A program made the translations under genes and the position numbers. The notes beneath the pieces are model-generated. The model did no database searches. It was given only the letters and a program-made list of their open reading frames with translations, and was not told the origin of the DNA. A stretch of 64,000 nt of DNA. Origin: an uncultured Clostridia bacterium (lineage in GTDB: Bacteria > Bacillota > Clostridia > Oscillospirales > Acutalibacteraceae). Of the stretch, positions 49,312 to 58,897 are shown piece by piece (the stretch's first letter is position 1; the number at the start of each line of letters is the position of its first letter). The stretch is taken from positions 80 through 64,079 of the forward strand of contig CAMKOU010000001.1 of the NCBI GenBank assembly GCA_946414505.1. The letters run 5' to 3'.

Positions 49312-49682
49312 AATCCTTAGCCGAGTTACAGGCTATCAGAGACAGAGCGAAGGCGAACGTCGCTTTGAGAAAAGAAAACCCCAATGCTGCACGCGTTTTG
49401 GTCGGCATGGCTACCTGCGGCATTGCTGCGGGCGCACGCCCCGTCCTCAACGCCTTTACCGAGGAAATCGCCAAGCGCGGATTGCAGGATGATATTGTTG
49501 TCACCCAGACCGGCTGCATCGGCATCTGCCAGTATGAGCCCGTGGTCGAGGTGGAGATCCCCGGTGAGGAAAAGGTCACCTATGTAAAGATGTCACCCGA
49601 AAAGGTGGCGCGCATCGTCAACGATCATCTTGTCAACAGGAACGTCGTGACGGAATACACCATCGGAGCGATGGAAGGATAA
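49308..49682 (+). CDS. thioredoxin-like 2Fe-2S subunit (HydD/HndB)
   Basis: VGMATCGIAAGA, TGCIGICQYEP. Confidence 0.9.
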   Translation: MKSLAELQAIRDRAKANVALRKENPNAARVLVGMATCGIAAGARPVLNAFTEEIAKRGLQDDIVVTQTGCIGICQYEPVVEVEIPGEEKVTYVKMSPEKVARIVNDHLVNRNVVTEYTIGAMEG

Positions 49683-49698
49683 TAAAGGAGGTCACTGC

Positions 49699-51507
49699 AT
49701 GTATCGTTCTAATGTACTGGTTTGCGGCGGTACCGGTTGTACTTCCTCAAACAGCTTACAAATTGCCGAAAAGCTGAAAGAAGAAATCAAAGCCAAGGGA
49801 CTGGACAAGGAAGTGAACGTGATCACCACGGGCTGCTTCGGTCTGTGCGCGCTCGGCCCCATCATGGTGGTTTATCCCGAGGGCAGCTTCTATTCCATGG
49901 TCGACATCAAGGATGTCCCCGAGATCGTGGAGGAGCACCTGCTGAAGGGCAGGATCGTCACCCGTTTGCTTTATCAGGAAACGGTCGTTGACAACACCAT
50001 CAAATCCCTGAATAAAACTGCGTTTTATGCAAAGCAAAAGCGCGTGGCGCTGCGCAACTGCGGCGTCATCGACCCCGAAAAAATCGACGATTATATCGCC
50101 CGCGACGGCTATGCCGCACTGGGCAAGGTGCTCACCGAAATGACCCCCGACGAGGTCATCCAGACCATTCTCGATTCCGGACTGCGCGGCAGAGGCGGCG
50201 CGGGCTTCCCGACCGGCTTAAAGTGGAAATTTGCCGCGGGCAACCAAGCCGACCAAAAGTATGTGTGCTGTAACGCCGACGAAGGCGACCCCGGCGCATT
50301 TATGGATCGTTCCGTGCTCGAAGGCGACCCGCACTCCCTGATCGAAGCAATGGCGATCGCCGGCTACGCGATCGGCGCTTCCAAGGGTCGTGTGTATGTC
50401 CGCGCGGAGTACCCCATCGCCGTGAAGCGTCTGCAGATCGCCATCGACCAGGCGCGCGAATACGGTCTGCTGGGCGAGGATATCTTCGGCACCGGCTTCA
50501 ACTTCGACATGGAGCTGCGTCTCGGCGCAGGTGCGTTCGTCTGCGGTGAGGAAACTGCGCTCATGACCTCCATCGAAGGCAAGCGCGGCGAGCCCCGTCC
50601 CCGTCCGCCGTTCCCGGCTGTAAAGGGCTTGTATCAAAAGCCCACCATCCTCAACAACGTGGAAACCTACGCCAACATCGCACAGATCATCCTCAACGGC
50701 GCCGAGTGGTTTGCCTCTATGGGCACCGAAAAGAGCAAGGGCACCAAGGTGTTCGCGCTCGGCGGCAAGATCAACCACACCGGTCTGGTCGAGATCCCGA
50801 TGGGCACCACCCTGCGCGAGATCGTGTTTGAAATCGGCGGCGGCATCCCCAACGGCAAACAATTCAAGGCGGCGCAAACCGGCGGTCCCTCCGGCGGCTG
50901 CATCCCCAAGGAGCACCTCGACGTGCCCATCGACTACGACAACCTGCTCGCGATCGGCTCCATGATGGGCTCCGGCGGCCTGATCGTTATGGACGAGGAC
51001 AACTGCATGGTGGACGTTGCCAAGTTCTTCCTCGAATTCACCGTGGATGAAAGCTGCGGCAAGTGTACGCCCTGCCGTATCGGCACCAAGCGTCTGCTCG
51101 AAATGCTCGACAAAATCACAAAAGGTCAGGGCACCATGGAAATGCTCGACGAGATGGAGGAGCTGTGCGAATTCATCAAGGCGAACTCCCTGTGCGGTCT
51201 CGGACAAACAGCGCCGAACCCCGTTCTTTCCACCCTGCGTTATTTCAGAGACGAATACATCGCGCATATCGTGAACAAAAAGTGTCCCGCCGGCGTTTGT
51301 AAGGATCTGCTTGAGTACACCATCGACAGAGAGAAGTGCGCAGGCTGCGGTCTCTGCTCCAGAAAGTGCCCGACGCAGGCGATTTCCGTCACCGACTACA
51401 CCGCGCCCGGCAAGAGACGTCCCGCGCTCGAGATTGATCCCAAGAAGTGCATCAAGTGCGGCGCTTGTATGGCGACCTGTAAGTTTAAAGCTATTTATAA
51501 GGCGTAA
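49699..51507 (+). CDS. bifurcating hydrogenase NuoF-like flavoprotein (HydB/HndC)
   Basis: GRGGAGFPTG, NADEGDPG, GAFVCGEETAL, ESCGKCTPCR, C-terminal 2x4Fe-4S. Confidence 0.95.
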   Translation: MYRSNVLVCGGTGCTSSNSLQIAEKLKEEIKAKGLDKEVNVITTGCFGLCALGPIMVVYPEGSFYSMVDIKDVPEIVEEHLLKGRIVTRLLYQETVVDNTIKSLNKTAFYAKQKRVALRNCGVIDPEKIDDYIARDGYAALGKVLTEMTPDEVIQTILDSGLRGRGGAGFPTGLKWKFAAGNQADQKYVCCNADEGDPGAFMDRSVLEGDPHSLIEAMAIAGYAIGASKGRVYVRAEYPIAVKRLQIAIDQAREYGLLGEDIFGTGFNFDMELRLGAGAFVCGEETALMTSIEGKRGEPRPRPPFPAVKGLYQKPTILNNVETYANIAQIILNGAEWFASMGTEKSKGTKVFALGGKINHTGLVEIPMGTTLREIVFEIGGGIPNGKQFKAAQTGGPSGGCIPKEHLDVPIDYDNLLAIGSMMGSGGLIVMDEDNCMVDVAKFFLEFTVDESCGKCTPCRIGTKRLLEMLDKITKGQGTMEMLDEMEELCEFIKANSLCGLGQTAPNPVLSTLRYFRDEYIAHIVNKKCPAGVCKDLLEYTIDREKCAGCGLCSRKCPTQAISVTDYTAPGKRRPALEIDPKKCIKCGACMATCKFKAIYKA

Positions 51508-51524
51508 GGAAAGGAGAGAACATA

Positions 51525-53267
51525 ATGGAAATGTTGAATATCAAAATCAACGGCAAAGACTATCAGGTTGAGAAAAACACCACCATCCTGGAAGCCTGCC
51601 ACAAATTCGGCATTAAAATCCCGACCTTATGCTTTCTGAAAGAAATCAACGAGATCGGCGCTTGCCGTATGTGCCTTTGCGAAGTCAAGGGTGCGCGCAG
51701 CTTAGTGGCTGCCTGCGTGTATCCCATCGACAGAGAGGGTACCGAAATCTTTACCAATACTCCCCAAATTCAAAAATACAGAAAAATGAACCTCGAGCTG
51801 CTTTTGTCCAACCATGACAAAAAGTGCCTGTCCTGCCCCAGAAGCAACAACTGCGAGCTGCAGCAGCTCTGCCTGGAATACGGCGTGGACGAAAAGGCGT
51901 TTGAGGGCGAGGAAACCAAATACGAGGAGGATCACTCCACCCTGCATTTGGTGCGCAACAACAACAAGTGCATCCTTTGCCGCCGCTGCGTCGCTGCCTG
52001 TAAAAACCAGTATGTGTCCGTGATCGGCGCCAACAACCGCGGCTTTGATACGCAGATCTCCTGCGCGTTCGAGCAGGATCTGGGCAATGTTTCCTGCATC
52101 AGCTGCGGCCAGTGCACCGTGGTTTGCCCGACCGGCGCTTTGGTAGAGCGCGACGACACCGACAAGGTGTTTGCGGCGATCGCCGATCCCACCAAGCATG
52201 TGGTCGTCCACACCGCGCCTTCCATCCGCGCGACCCTCGGCGAGTGCTTCGACATGCCCATCGGCACCAACGTCACCGGCAAAATGGCGGCGGCGCTCAA
52301 AATGCTCGGCTTTGACAAGGTGTTCGACACCAACTTCGGCGCCGACCTCACCATCATGGAAGAGGGCACCGAGTTTATCCAGCGCGTGCAGAACGGCGGC
52401 ACCCTGCCGATGATCACCTCCTGCTCGCCCGGTTGGGTCAAGTTCTGCGAGCATTACTATCCCGACCTCATTCCGCATCTTTCCACCTGCAAGTCTCCCC
52501 AGCAGATGCAGGGCGCGATGATCAAGTCCTACTACGCCGAGAAAGCGGGCATCGACCCCAAGGATATCGTGGTCGTTTCCGTCATGCCCTGCGTGGCGAA
52601 GAAGTTCGAGATCAAGCGCGACGACCAGGGCAGAGACGGTATGCAGGACAACGATATCTCCATCACCACCCGCGAGCTTGCCAAGATGATCAAGCGTGCC
52701 GGCATCCAGTTTACCGCGCTTGAGGACGCGGACTTCGATCCCATCATGGGCATCGGCACCGGCGCAGGCACCATCTTCGGCGCCACCGGCGGCGTGATGG
52801 AAGCAGCGCTCCGTACCGTAGCCGACAAGCTGACCGGCGAGGACCTCAAGCAGATCGACTACAACGAAGTGCGCGGCACCGACGGCATCAAGGAAGCGAC
52901 CTATGAGGTCGCCGGCATGAACGTCAAGGTGGCGGTCGCGTCCGGCTTGAAGAACGCGGCGGTCATCCTCGACAAGATCCGCGCAGGCGAAGCCGACTAC
53001 CAGTTCGTCGAGATCATGTGCTGTCCCGGCGGCTGCGTCAACGGCGGCGGTCAGCCCATCCAGCCCGGTCATGTGAGAAACTTCACCGACCTCAAGGCAC
53101 TGCGTGCCAAGGCGCTGTATGAGGACGACGTCAACCTGCCCTACAGAAAGTCCCACGATAACCCCGAAATCAAGGCGATCTACGAGGAGTACCTCGGCGA
53201 GCCCGGCTCCCACAAGGCGCACGAGCTGCTACACACCTCCTATGTCAAGAGAGAAAAGGGTATCTGA
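51525..53267 (+). CDS. hydA: [FeFe]-hydrogenase group A catalytic subunit (HydA/HndD)
   Basis: 2Fe-2S, His-ligated and 2x4Fe-4S motifs; TSCSPGW, MPCVAKKFE, EIMCCPGGCVNGGG; terminator at 53281-53308. Confidence 0.95.
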   Translation: MEMLNIKINGKDYQVEKNTTILEACHKFGIKIPTLCFLKEINEIGACRMCLCEVKGARSLVAACVYPIDREGTEIFTNTPQIQKYRKMNLELLLSNHDKKCLSCPRSNNCELQQLCLEYGVDEKAFEGEETKYEEDHSTLHLVRNNNKCILCRRCVAACKNQYVSVIGANNRGFDTQISCAFEQDLGNVSCISCGQCTVVCPTGALVERDDTDKVFAAIADPTKHVVVHTAPSIRATLGECFDMPIGTNVTGKMAAALKMLGFDKVFDTNFGADLTIMEEGTEFIQRVQNGGTLPMITSCSPGWVKFCEHYYPDLIPHLSTCKSPQQMQGAMIKSYYAEKAGIDPKDIVVVSVMPCVAKKFEIKRDDQGRDGMQDNDISITTRELAKMIKRAGIQFTALEDADFDPIMGIGTGAGTIFGATGGVMEAALRTVADKLTGEDLKQIDYNEVRGTDGIKEATYEVAGMNVKVAVASGLKNAAVILDKIRAGEADYQFVEIMCCPGGCVNGGGQPIQPGHVRNFTDLKALRAKALYEDDVNLPYRKSHDNPEIKAIYEEYLGEPGSHKAHELLHTSYVKREKGI

Positions 53268-53560
53268 TAGATCCGTATCCAAGCACCCCGCCGTAAGGCG
53301 GGGTGCTTATGTATTGACAGACGTCATTCCGGGCAATTGCGCAAATTGTTACCGATTTGTCACAATTCTGTCACAAATCGGTGGTATACTAATAGCAGAC
53401 AATAGGGCAAACGCGACGTTCATGGTGAAACTATCTAAAATAATTCAAAAAAATTGTTGATAGAGGTTGATTTTTTCCGAGTTTTTGTGTAATATGTATA
53501 TAAGGATAAATGTAAACATTACATTCGTATCATAAAAATGCAGGAAAAAGAGGTAAAACT

Positions 53561-54646
53561 ATGTCAAACAGATTATTTCAGGGCATCGTGCACCAGATGA
53601 AGGATGCCATCGACAGAACCATCGGCGTCATTGACGAAACCTCCGTTGTTATTGCGTGCTCGGAGCTCGGCAAAATCGGCGAGGTGAACGAAAGCATCAA
53701 CTCCGAAACCCTCAGCTCCACCGCTCCGTTTGTCGTAAACGGGTACACCTGTAAATCCTTTGGCAGCAGTGCCAAATACGATTATGCGGTGTTTGTACAG
53801 GGCACCGATGAATATGCACAAAAATACGCACAGCTGCTCGCGGTCAGCTTTGCCAGCATCAAGCAGTATTATGATGAAAAATACGACCGCTCCAACTTTA
53901 TCAAAAACGTGATCATGGACAACATCCTGCCCGGCGACATCTATCTCAAGGCGCGCGAGCTGCACTTCAATTCCGAGGTGGCGCGTGTTTGCCTGCTGAT
54001 CAAAATCGTGTCCCGCACCGATGTTTCTGCCTATGACATCGTGCAAAACCTGTTCCCGGACAAATCCAAGGACTTTGTCATCAATATCAACGAGGAGGAA
54101 ATTGCCCTTGTCAAGGAGGTCAAGCCCGACACCGACGGCCGCGACCTCGAAAAGCTGGCAAGCTCCATTTCCGACACCCTGTCCAGCGAGTTTTACACCC
54201 ACTGTGTGGTCGGCATCGGCACCACCGTCACCGGCATCAAGGATCTGGCGCGTTCCTTTAAGGAAGCCCAGTCCGCGCTGGAGGTCGCCAAGGTGTTCGA
54301 CACCGAGCGCACCATCGTCAGCTATGACAACCTCGGCATTGCGCGTCTGATCTATCAGCTGCCCACCACCCTGTGCAAGATGTTCCTCAAAGAGGTGTTC
54401 AAGCGCGGCTCGATCGAAAGCCTGGATCAGGAAACGCTGTTTACCATTCAGCGCTTCTTTGAAAACAACCTCAACGTATCCGAAACCTCGCGCAAGCTGT
54501 TCGTACACCGCAACACGCTGGTGTACCGTCTGGAAAAAATCAAAAAGCTCACCGGCTTGGATTTGCGTGAGTTCGAGGACGCCATTGTCTTTAAGGTAGC
54601 TTTGATGGTCAAAAAGTACCTGAATGCCAGCCCGACCAAATATTAA
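53561..54646 (+). CDS. CdaR/PucR family transcriptional regulator
   Basis: GGDEF-like middle domain; NLNVSETSRKLFVHRNTLVYRL HTH. Confidence 0.92.
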   Translation: MSNRLFQGIVHQMKDAIDRTIGVIDETSVVIACSELGKIGEVNESINSETLSSTAPFVVNGYTCKSFGSSAKYDYAVFVQGTDEYAQKYAQLLAVSFASIKQYYDEKYDRSNFIKNVIMDNILPGDIYLKARELHFNSEVARVCLLIKIVSRTDVSAYDIVQNLFPDKSKDFVININEEEIALVKEVKPDTDGRDLEKLASSISDTLSSEFYTHCVVGIGTTVTGIKDLARSFKEAQSALEVAKVFDTERTIVSYDNLGIARLIYQLPTTLCKMFLKEVFKRGSIESLDQETLFTIQRFFENNLNVSETSRKLFVHRNTLVYRLEKIKKLTGLDLREFEDAIVFKVALMVKKYLNASPTKY

Positions 54647-54707
54647 GCGTAAAACTGTATCGCTATCAACCGTTCCTGAGCGCGGGAAACTGCGCTCAGG
54701 AATATTT

Positions 54708-54732
54708 AGTAGTCAGTCGTCAGTCGTCAGAA
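54708..54732 (+). repeat. left heptamer array (CAGTCGT)n
   Basis: AGTAGTCAGTCGTCAGTCGTCAGAA; inverted partner at 55300-55331. Confidence 0.85.
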
Positions 54733-54748
54733 TGGCAGCTGAAATAAA

Positions 54749-54909
54749 GGCAACACCGCACAATTCAAAGCGCACGGCTTGCTTGAATATTATTCCGTCA
54801 GCTTGCCCAAAAAATCTCGGCAAGGCGACAGCCTTACCTCGATTTATTTGTACAATCTGACGAAAAATCTTGCTGCGCAATCCGCACACCTGAATTATGC
54901 GGTATTGCC
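54749..54909 (+). mobile_element. 161-bp MITE-like element
   Basis: TIRs GGCAACACCGCA / TGCGGTATTGCC, TAAA direct repeats on both sides, internal self-complementarity, deleted copy at 4935-4983. Confidence 0.7.
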
Positions 54910-55286
54910 TAAAGAGGGCGAATCGTATTCAGAAAAAAAGTTATCGTAATTTGATTGTTTGGCAAAAATCAATGGATTTGGTATTGGAAATTTACGCGCT
55001 TACCAAGTCCTTGCCCGGTTATGAATTGTATGGACTGACCATGCAAATGAGAAGAGCCGCTGTATCTATTCCGTCCAACATCGCGGAGGGACAGCAGCGC
55101 AATACAAATAAGGAGTTTTCCAATTTTTTGGCAATTGCAAGGGGCTCTAATGCAGAGCTGGAAACCCAATTGGAAATATGCGTGCGGTTGGGTTATGTGA
55201 CATCCGACTCCATTGCTAGAGCGGTTTTATTATGCCGGGAAATCGGAAAGATTCTAAATGTACTTATTACAAAATGCAGCAATTAA
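54897..55286 (+). CDS. four-helix bundle protein (23S rRNA IVP / bAvd-like); true start uncertain
   Basis: SYRNLIVWQKSMDL..ELYGLTMQMRRAAVSIPSNIAEG..FLAIARGSNAELETQL. Confidence 0.9.
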   Translation: MRYCLKRANRIQKKSYRNLIVWQKSMDLVLEIYALTKSLPGYELYGLTMQMRRAAVSIPSNIAEGQQRNTNKEFSNFLAIARGSNAELETQLEICVRLGYVTSDSIARAVLLCREIGKILNVLITKCSN

Positions 55287-55299
55287 GGTTCTCGGGCGT

Positions 55300-55331
55300 T
55301 TCTGACAACTGACGACTGACGACTGACTGCT
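55300..55331 (-). repeat. right heptamer array (ACGACTG)n
   Basis: TTCTGACAACTGACGACTGACGACTGACTGCT, reverse complement of the left array. Confidence 0.85.
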
Positions 55332-55345
55332 GCTTCGGAGTAACT

Positions 55346-56386
55346 ATGATTGATTTTGAAAACGTATCCAAAACCTATCCCAACGGAACCAACGCGCTTT
55401 ACAATGTCAATATCCACATCGACAAGGGCGAGTTTGTGTTTATCGTCGGTCCCTCCGGCGCGGGCAAAAGCACTTTTCTCAAGCTGATCATGCGCGAGGA
55501 AACCGCGACCTCGGGTGAAATCACCATCAACGGGCACAAGCTGTCCACGCTGCGCAAGCGCGACGTGCCGTATTTGCGCCGTCACATGGGCATCGTGTTT
55601 CAGGATTTCCGCCTGATCGACAAGATGAATGTGTTTGACAACGTGGCGTTCGCCATGCGCGCGGTCGGCGAATCGTCGTCCACTGTCAAAAAGCGCGTGC
55701 CCTATGTCCTCGAGCTGGTCGGCTTGGGCGACAAAATGAAGGACAAGCCCGGCGAATTGTCGGGCGGCGAGCAGCAGCGCGTCAGCCTGGCGCGTGCGCT
55801 GGTCAACAATCCCGAGATCATCATCGCGGACGAGCCGACGGGCAACATCGACCCCGAGCTGTCTTATGAGATTTTGGAGCTGCTGGTGCGCATCAATTCC
55901 ATGGGCACCACGGTGCTGGTGGTCACGCACGAGCACGAGCTGGTGCGCGAGTTCAACCAGCGCGTTATTGCCATCGACAAGGGCAAGGTCATCAGCGATT
56001 CGGCAAGCAGTATGGCGCCGTTGAAAACCGTCCTGCACGAGCAGCCGGCGGAAGCGTTGAACGACATGGCTGTGGCGCCGGTCGCCGAGCCGCCTGTCGC
56101 GGAACCGCCTGCTGCGGAGCCGCCTGTCGCGGAACCTCCTGTTGCAGAGCCGCCTGTCGCGGTGCCACCTGTTGCGGCGCCGTTTGTGCCTGCCCCAACG
56201 GACTCTGTGACGGCGACAAAGAAAGAGGTTTTGGCAGCCGATCCGTCTGCGGTGGGAGAAACGCCCGAAATGGTGGACGCGGTCACAGTCACCTACGACG
56301 GACAACGGTTTGCCATCGATCCCAATATTTCCGTGGACATGGAGGAGCCGGAACCCCCCGACACCCCCGTGCCGATTCCCGAATGA
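55346..56386 (+). CDS. ftsE: cell division ATPase FtsE with Pro-rich C-terminal extension
   Basis: GPSGAGKS, VFQDFRL, LSGGEQQR, ADEPTGN; upstream of ftsX. Confidence 0.93.
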   Translation: MIDFENVSKTYPNGTNALYNVNIHIDKGEFVFIVGPSGAGKSTFLKLIMREETATSGEITINGHKLSTLRKRDVPYLRRHMGIVFQDFRLIDKMNVFDNVAFAMRAVGESSSTVKKRVPYVLELVGLGDKMKDKPGELSGGEQQRVSLARALVNNPEIIIADEPTGNIDPELSYEILELLVRINSMGTTVLVVTHEHELVREFNQRVIAIDKGKVISDSASSMAPLKTVLHEQPAEALNDMAVAPVAEPPVAEPPAAEPPVAEPPVAEPPVAVPPVAAPFVPAPTDSVTATKKEVLAADPSAVGETPEMVDAVTVTYDGQRFAIDPNISVDMEEPEPPDTPVPIPE

Positions 56387-56414
56387 TCCGCGAATAAACC
56401 GAAAGGATAATGCT

Positions 56415-57314
56415 ATGAAAGGCTTTGGCTATTTGATAAAAGAGGGCTTCAAAAACGTGTATGCCAACCGCATCATGAGTATTGCCTCCGTTTGCGTGTT
56501 GGTGAGCTGTCTGGTGATGACCGGCGCAGCGGCACTGTTTTCGCTGAATGTCCGCGAGATCGTCAGCAGGGTGGAAAAGACAAACGAAACCACTGTTTAC
56601 ATTCTCAAGGATCGCAGCGATGCGGAAGCCAAACAAATCGGACGGCAGCTCCGTGCGATCCCCAATGTGCAAACAGCGACTTTTGTCTCCGGCAAGGAGG
56701 CAGTGGAGCAGTTTAAAAGCTCGCTGGGCGAGCAGCTGTTTGACCGCATCAAGGACAAGGATCCCCTCAACGACGCCTATCGTGTGTCGTTTGAGGATTT
56801 AGGCAAATACGATGAAACCATCAAGCAGATCAAGGCGATCGACGGTGTGCAGTCGGTCACCGACCGCCGCGATTTTGCCCGCAAGCTGACCAAGGTCAGC
56901 AATCTCATCAGTCTGGTGTCGGTGTGCATCGTCACCGCGCTGATCATCATATCACTGTTTATTATCGCCAATACCATCCGCACCACCATGTATTCGCGCC
57001 GCTTTGAAATCAGTATCATGAAATCGGTCGGCGCCACCAACATGTTTGTGCGAATGCCGTTTTTGGTAGAGGGCATGGTGATCGGCGTTATCTCCGCCGC
57101 TGTTTCCACAGGCGTGCTGGCGTTGCTGTACCATGCGGCGATCGGCGTCATAGACAGCTCGGGGCTCGACATCAAGGCAATTCCGTTTATCAATATCGTC
57201 GTACCGCTGACGCTCGTGTTTATCGCTGTCGGCGTGTTGGTGGGCTTTTTCGGCGGATTTATCTCCATTCGCAAGTATCTGCGAAAAGAGGGCAACGAAA
57301 TTTTAGGTTGGTAA
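56415..57314 (+). CDS. ftsX: cell division permease FtsX
   Basis: KEGFKN..NRIMS; NTIRTTMYSRRFEISIMKSVGAT..PFLVEG. Confidence 0.93.
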   Translation: MKGFGYLIKEGFKNVYANRIMSIASVCVLVSCLVMTGAAALFSLNVREIVSRVEKTNETTVYILKDRSDAEAKQIGRQLRAIPNVQTATFVSGKEAVEQFKSSLGEQLFDRIKDKDPLNDAYRVSFEDLGKYDETIKQIKAIDGVQSVTDRRDFARKLTKVSNLISLVSVCIVTALIIISLFIIANTIRTTMYSRRFEISIMKSVGATNMFVRMPFLVEGMVIGVISAAVSTGVLALLYHAAIGVIDSSGLDIKAIPFINIVVPLTLVFIAVGVLVGFFGGFISIRKYLRKEGNEILGW

Positions 57315-57332
57315 CAGGAAAGGAGCGTGCCT

Positions 57333-58820
57333 ATGAAAAAATGGAAAGCGATTTTATGCGCGGCGCTGAGCATGTGTTTGCTTGCGGTTCCCGCCGTTTC
57401 TTCCGTTGTCAATGTGGCGGCTGAGGAAACCATCGAGGAAAAGCTGGCGGCGCTGGACGAGAAAAGCGCCGAATATCAGGATATTCTCGATGCCACGGCG
57501 AACGACATCAGCGAAAAGGAAGCCTACGGCAACGCGCTGATCAGCCAGATCACGGTCATCAATGAAAAAATCATTCTCACGCGCGAGGCGATCGAAAAAA
57601 CCAAAAAGAATGTTGCGGCAAAGCAGGCGGAGCTCGACAAGGGCAACAGCGAAATTGACACCCAAATCGATGCGCTGTGCAGCCGGTTGAGTATTATTTA
57701 CATGGCGGGCAGTGCCGGCAGCTTAGAGATTTTGCTGGGCGCCAAAAGCTTTGACGATTTTATCGACAAGGCGTCCTTGGTAAAAACACTGTCCGACTAC
57801 GACCAAAAGATGATCGACGAGCTCAACGGCAAGCTCGACAAGGTAGAAAAGCAAAAAAAGACCTTGGAGGACGCCCAAAAGAAGCAGGAGGCTGCGGAAG
57901 CCAGTTTGAATAAAGAGGTGGCCGACCTCAACAAGCTGGTCAAGGAAAATACCAAAATGCTCTCCGAGCTGACTGCCAAAAGCGATGCGGCGCGTGCCGC
58001 GCTTTCCTCCACGAACGCCAAAACCGCGCAGTTGGAAGCCGAGCAGGCAGCGCAGGTAGCACAGGAGCAGGCGGTTTCCAAGTCGGCGCAGCAGCAGGCG
58101 GCAGCGCAGGCGGCGGCACTGGCAGCGCAGCAGCAAAAGGCAGCGCAGCAGCAGGCGGCGGCACAGCAGCAGGCAGGCAGCAGCTCCGGCAGCTCTTCCG
58201 GCGGCAATACCTCGGGCGGTTCATCCTCCGGCAGCTATGACGACGATGATGACGACGATTACAGCGGCGGCGGTTCTTCGGGCGGAAGCTCCTCCGGCGG
58301 CAGCACTTCGGGCGGTTCATCCTCCGGCGGCAGCTCGTCGGGCGGCGGCAGTTCCTCCGGCAGCGGCTACACATGGCCGTGCCCGGGCTTCTATTTCCTC
58401 TCATCCCTTTGGAATGAAGACAGAACCACTTACAACCACGGTGCGATCGACATTGCCGGCTGGGGCGACATCTGGGGCGCACAGGTCGTGGCGGCGGACA
58501 GCGGTACGGTTTCCGACACCGTCACCTACTGCACGCACAACTACGGCAAGGACATGAGCGAAAGCTGCGGCTGCGGCGGCGGCTACGGCAACTACGTGTG
58601 GCTTGACCACGGCAACGGCAAAGAAACCATCTATGCCCACCTCACCAGCGTAGTGGTCAGCCCCGGACAGTATGTCACCAAGGGACAGGTTCTGGGCTAT
58701 GTGGGCACCACCGGTCATTCCACCGGTCCGCACCTCCACTTCGAGTGCCGCTACAATGGCTCCAAATACAACCCCATGGACGAGCTCAGCGCGTATTGGG
58801 GACAGGTTTCCTATTATTAA
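57333..58820 (+). CDS. coiled-coil + M23 peptidase (EnvC/CwlO-like)
   Basis: Signal peptide, coiled coil, G/S linker, HGAID, YAHL, STGPHLHFE. Confidence 0.9.
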   Translation: MKKWKAILCAALSMCLLAVPAVSSVVNVAAEETIEEKLAALDEKSAEYQDILDATANDISEKEAYGNALISQITVINEKIILTREAIEKTKKNVAAKQAELDKGNSEIDTQIDALCSRLSIIYMAGSAGSLEILLGAKSFDDFIDKASLVKTLSDYDQKMIDELNGKLDKVEKQKKTLEDAQKKQEAAEASLNKEVADLNKLVKENTKMLSELTAKSDAARAALSSTNAKTAQLEAEQAAQVAQEQAVSKSAQQQAAAQAAALAAQQQKAAQQQAAAQQQAGSSSGSSSGGNTSGGSSSGSYDDDDDDDYSGGGSSGGSSSGGSTSGGSSSGGSSSGGGSSSGSGYTWPCPGFYFLSSLWNEDRTTYNHGAIDIAGWGDIWGAQVVAADSGTVSDTVTYCTHNYGKDMSESCGCGGGYGNYVWLDHGNGKETIYAHLTSVVVSPGQYVTKGQVLGYVGTTGHSTGPHLHFECRYNGSKYNPMDELSAYWGQVSYY

Positions 58821-58833
58821 TATGAGCATCAAA

Positions 58834-58861
58834 ACAGGGACATGCGTTGCGGCATGTCCCT
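58834..58861. repeat. 28-bp hairpin, identical direct copy at 60274-60301
   Basis: ACAGGGACATGCGTTGCGGCATGTCCCT. Confidence 0.85.
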
Positions 58862-58897
58862 TGTGCTTGTCAGTATACTTTCATTATCATTGTGTTC

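Noticed and set aside
53509-53525. Palindrome AATGTAA-ACA-TTACATT upstream of the CdaR-type regulator
   Set aside because: Possible operator, but short, AT-rich and single-copy; cannot be assigned
54897-55286. Diversity-generating retroelement suggested by the Avd-like gene
   Set aside because: No reverse transcriptase and no TR/VR repeat pair seen in the window
58180-58370. Gly/Ser repeats and CGCGGG segment of the M23 peptidase as a second RiPP-like substrate
   Set aside because: Ordinary linker of a secreted hydrolase; the Cys residues lie within the M23 domain and there is no adjacent maturase
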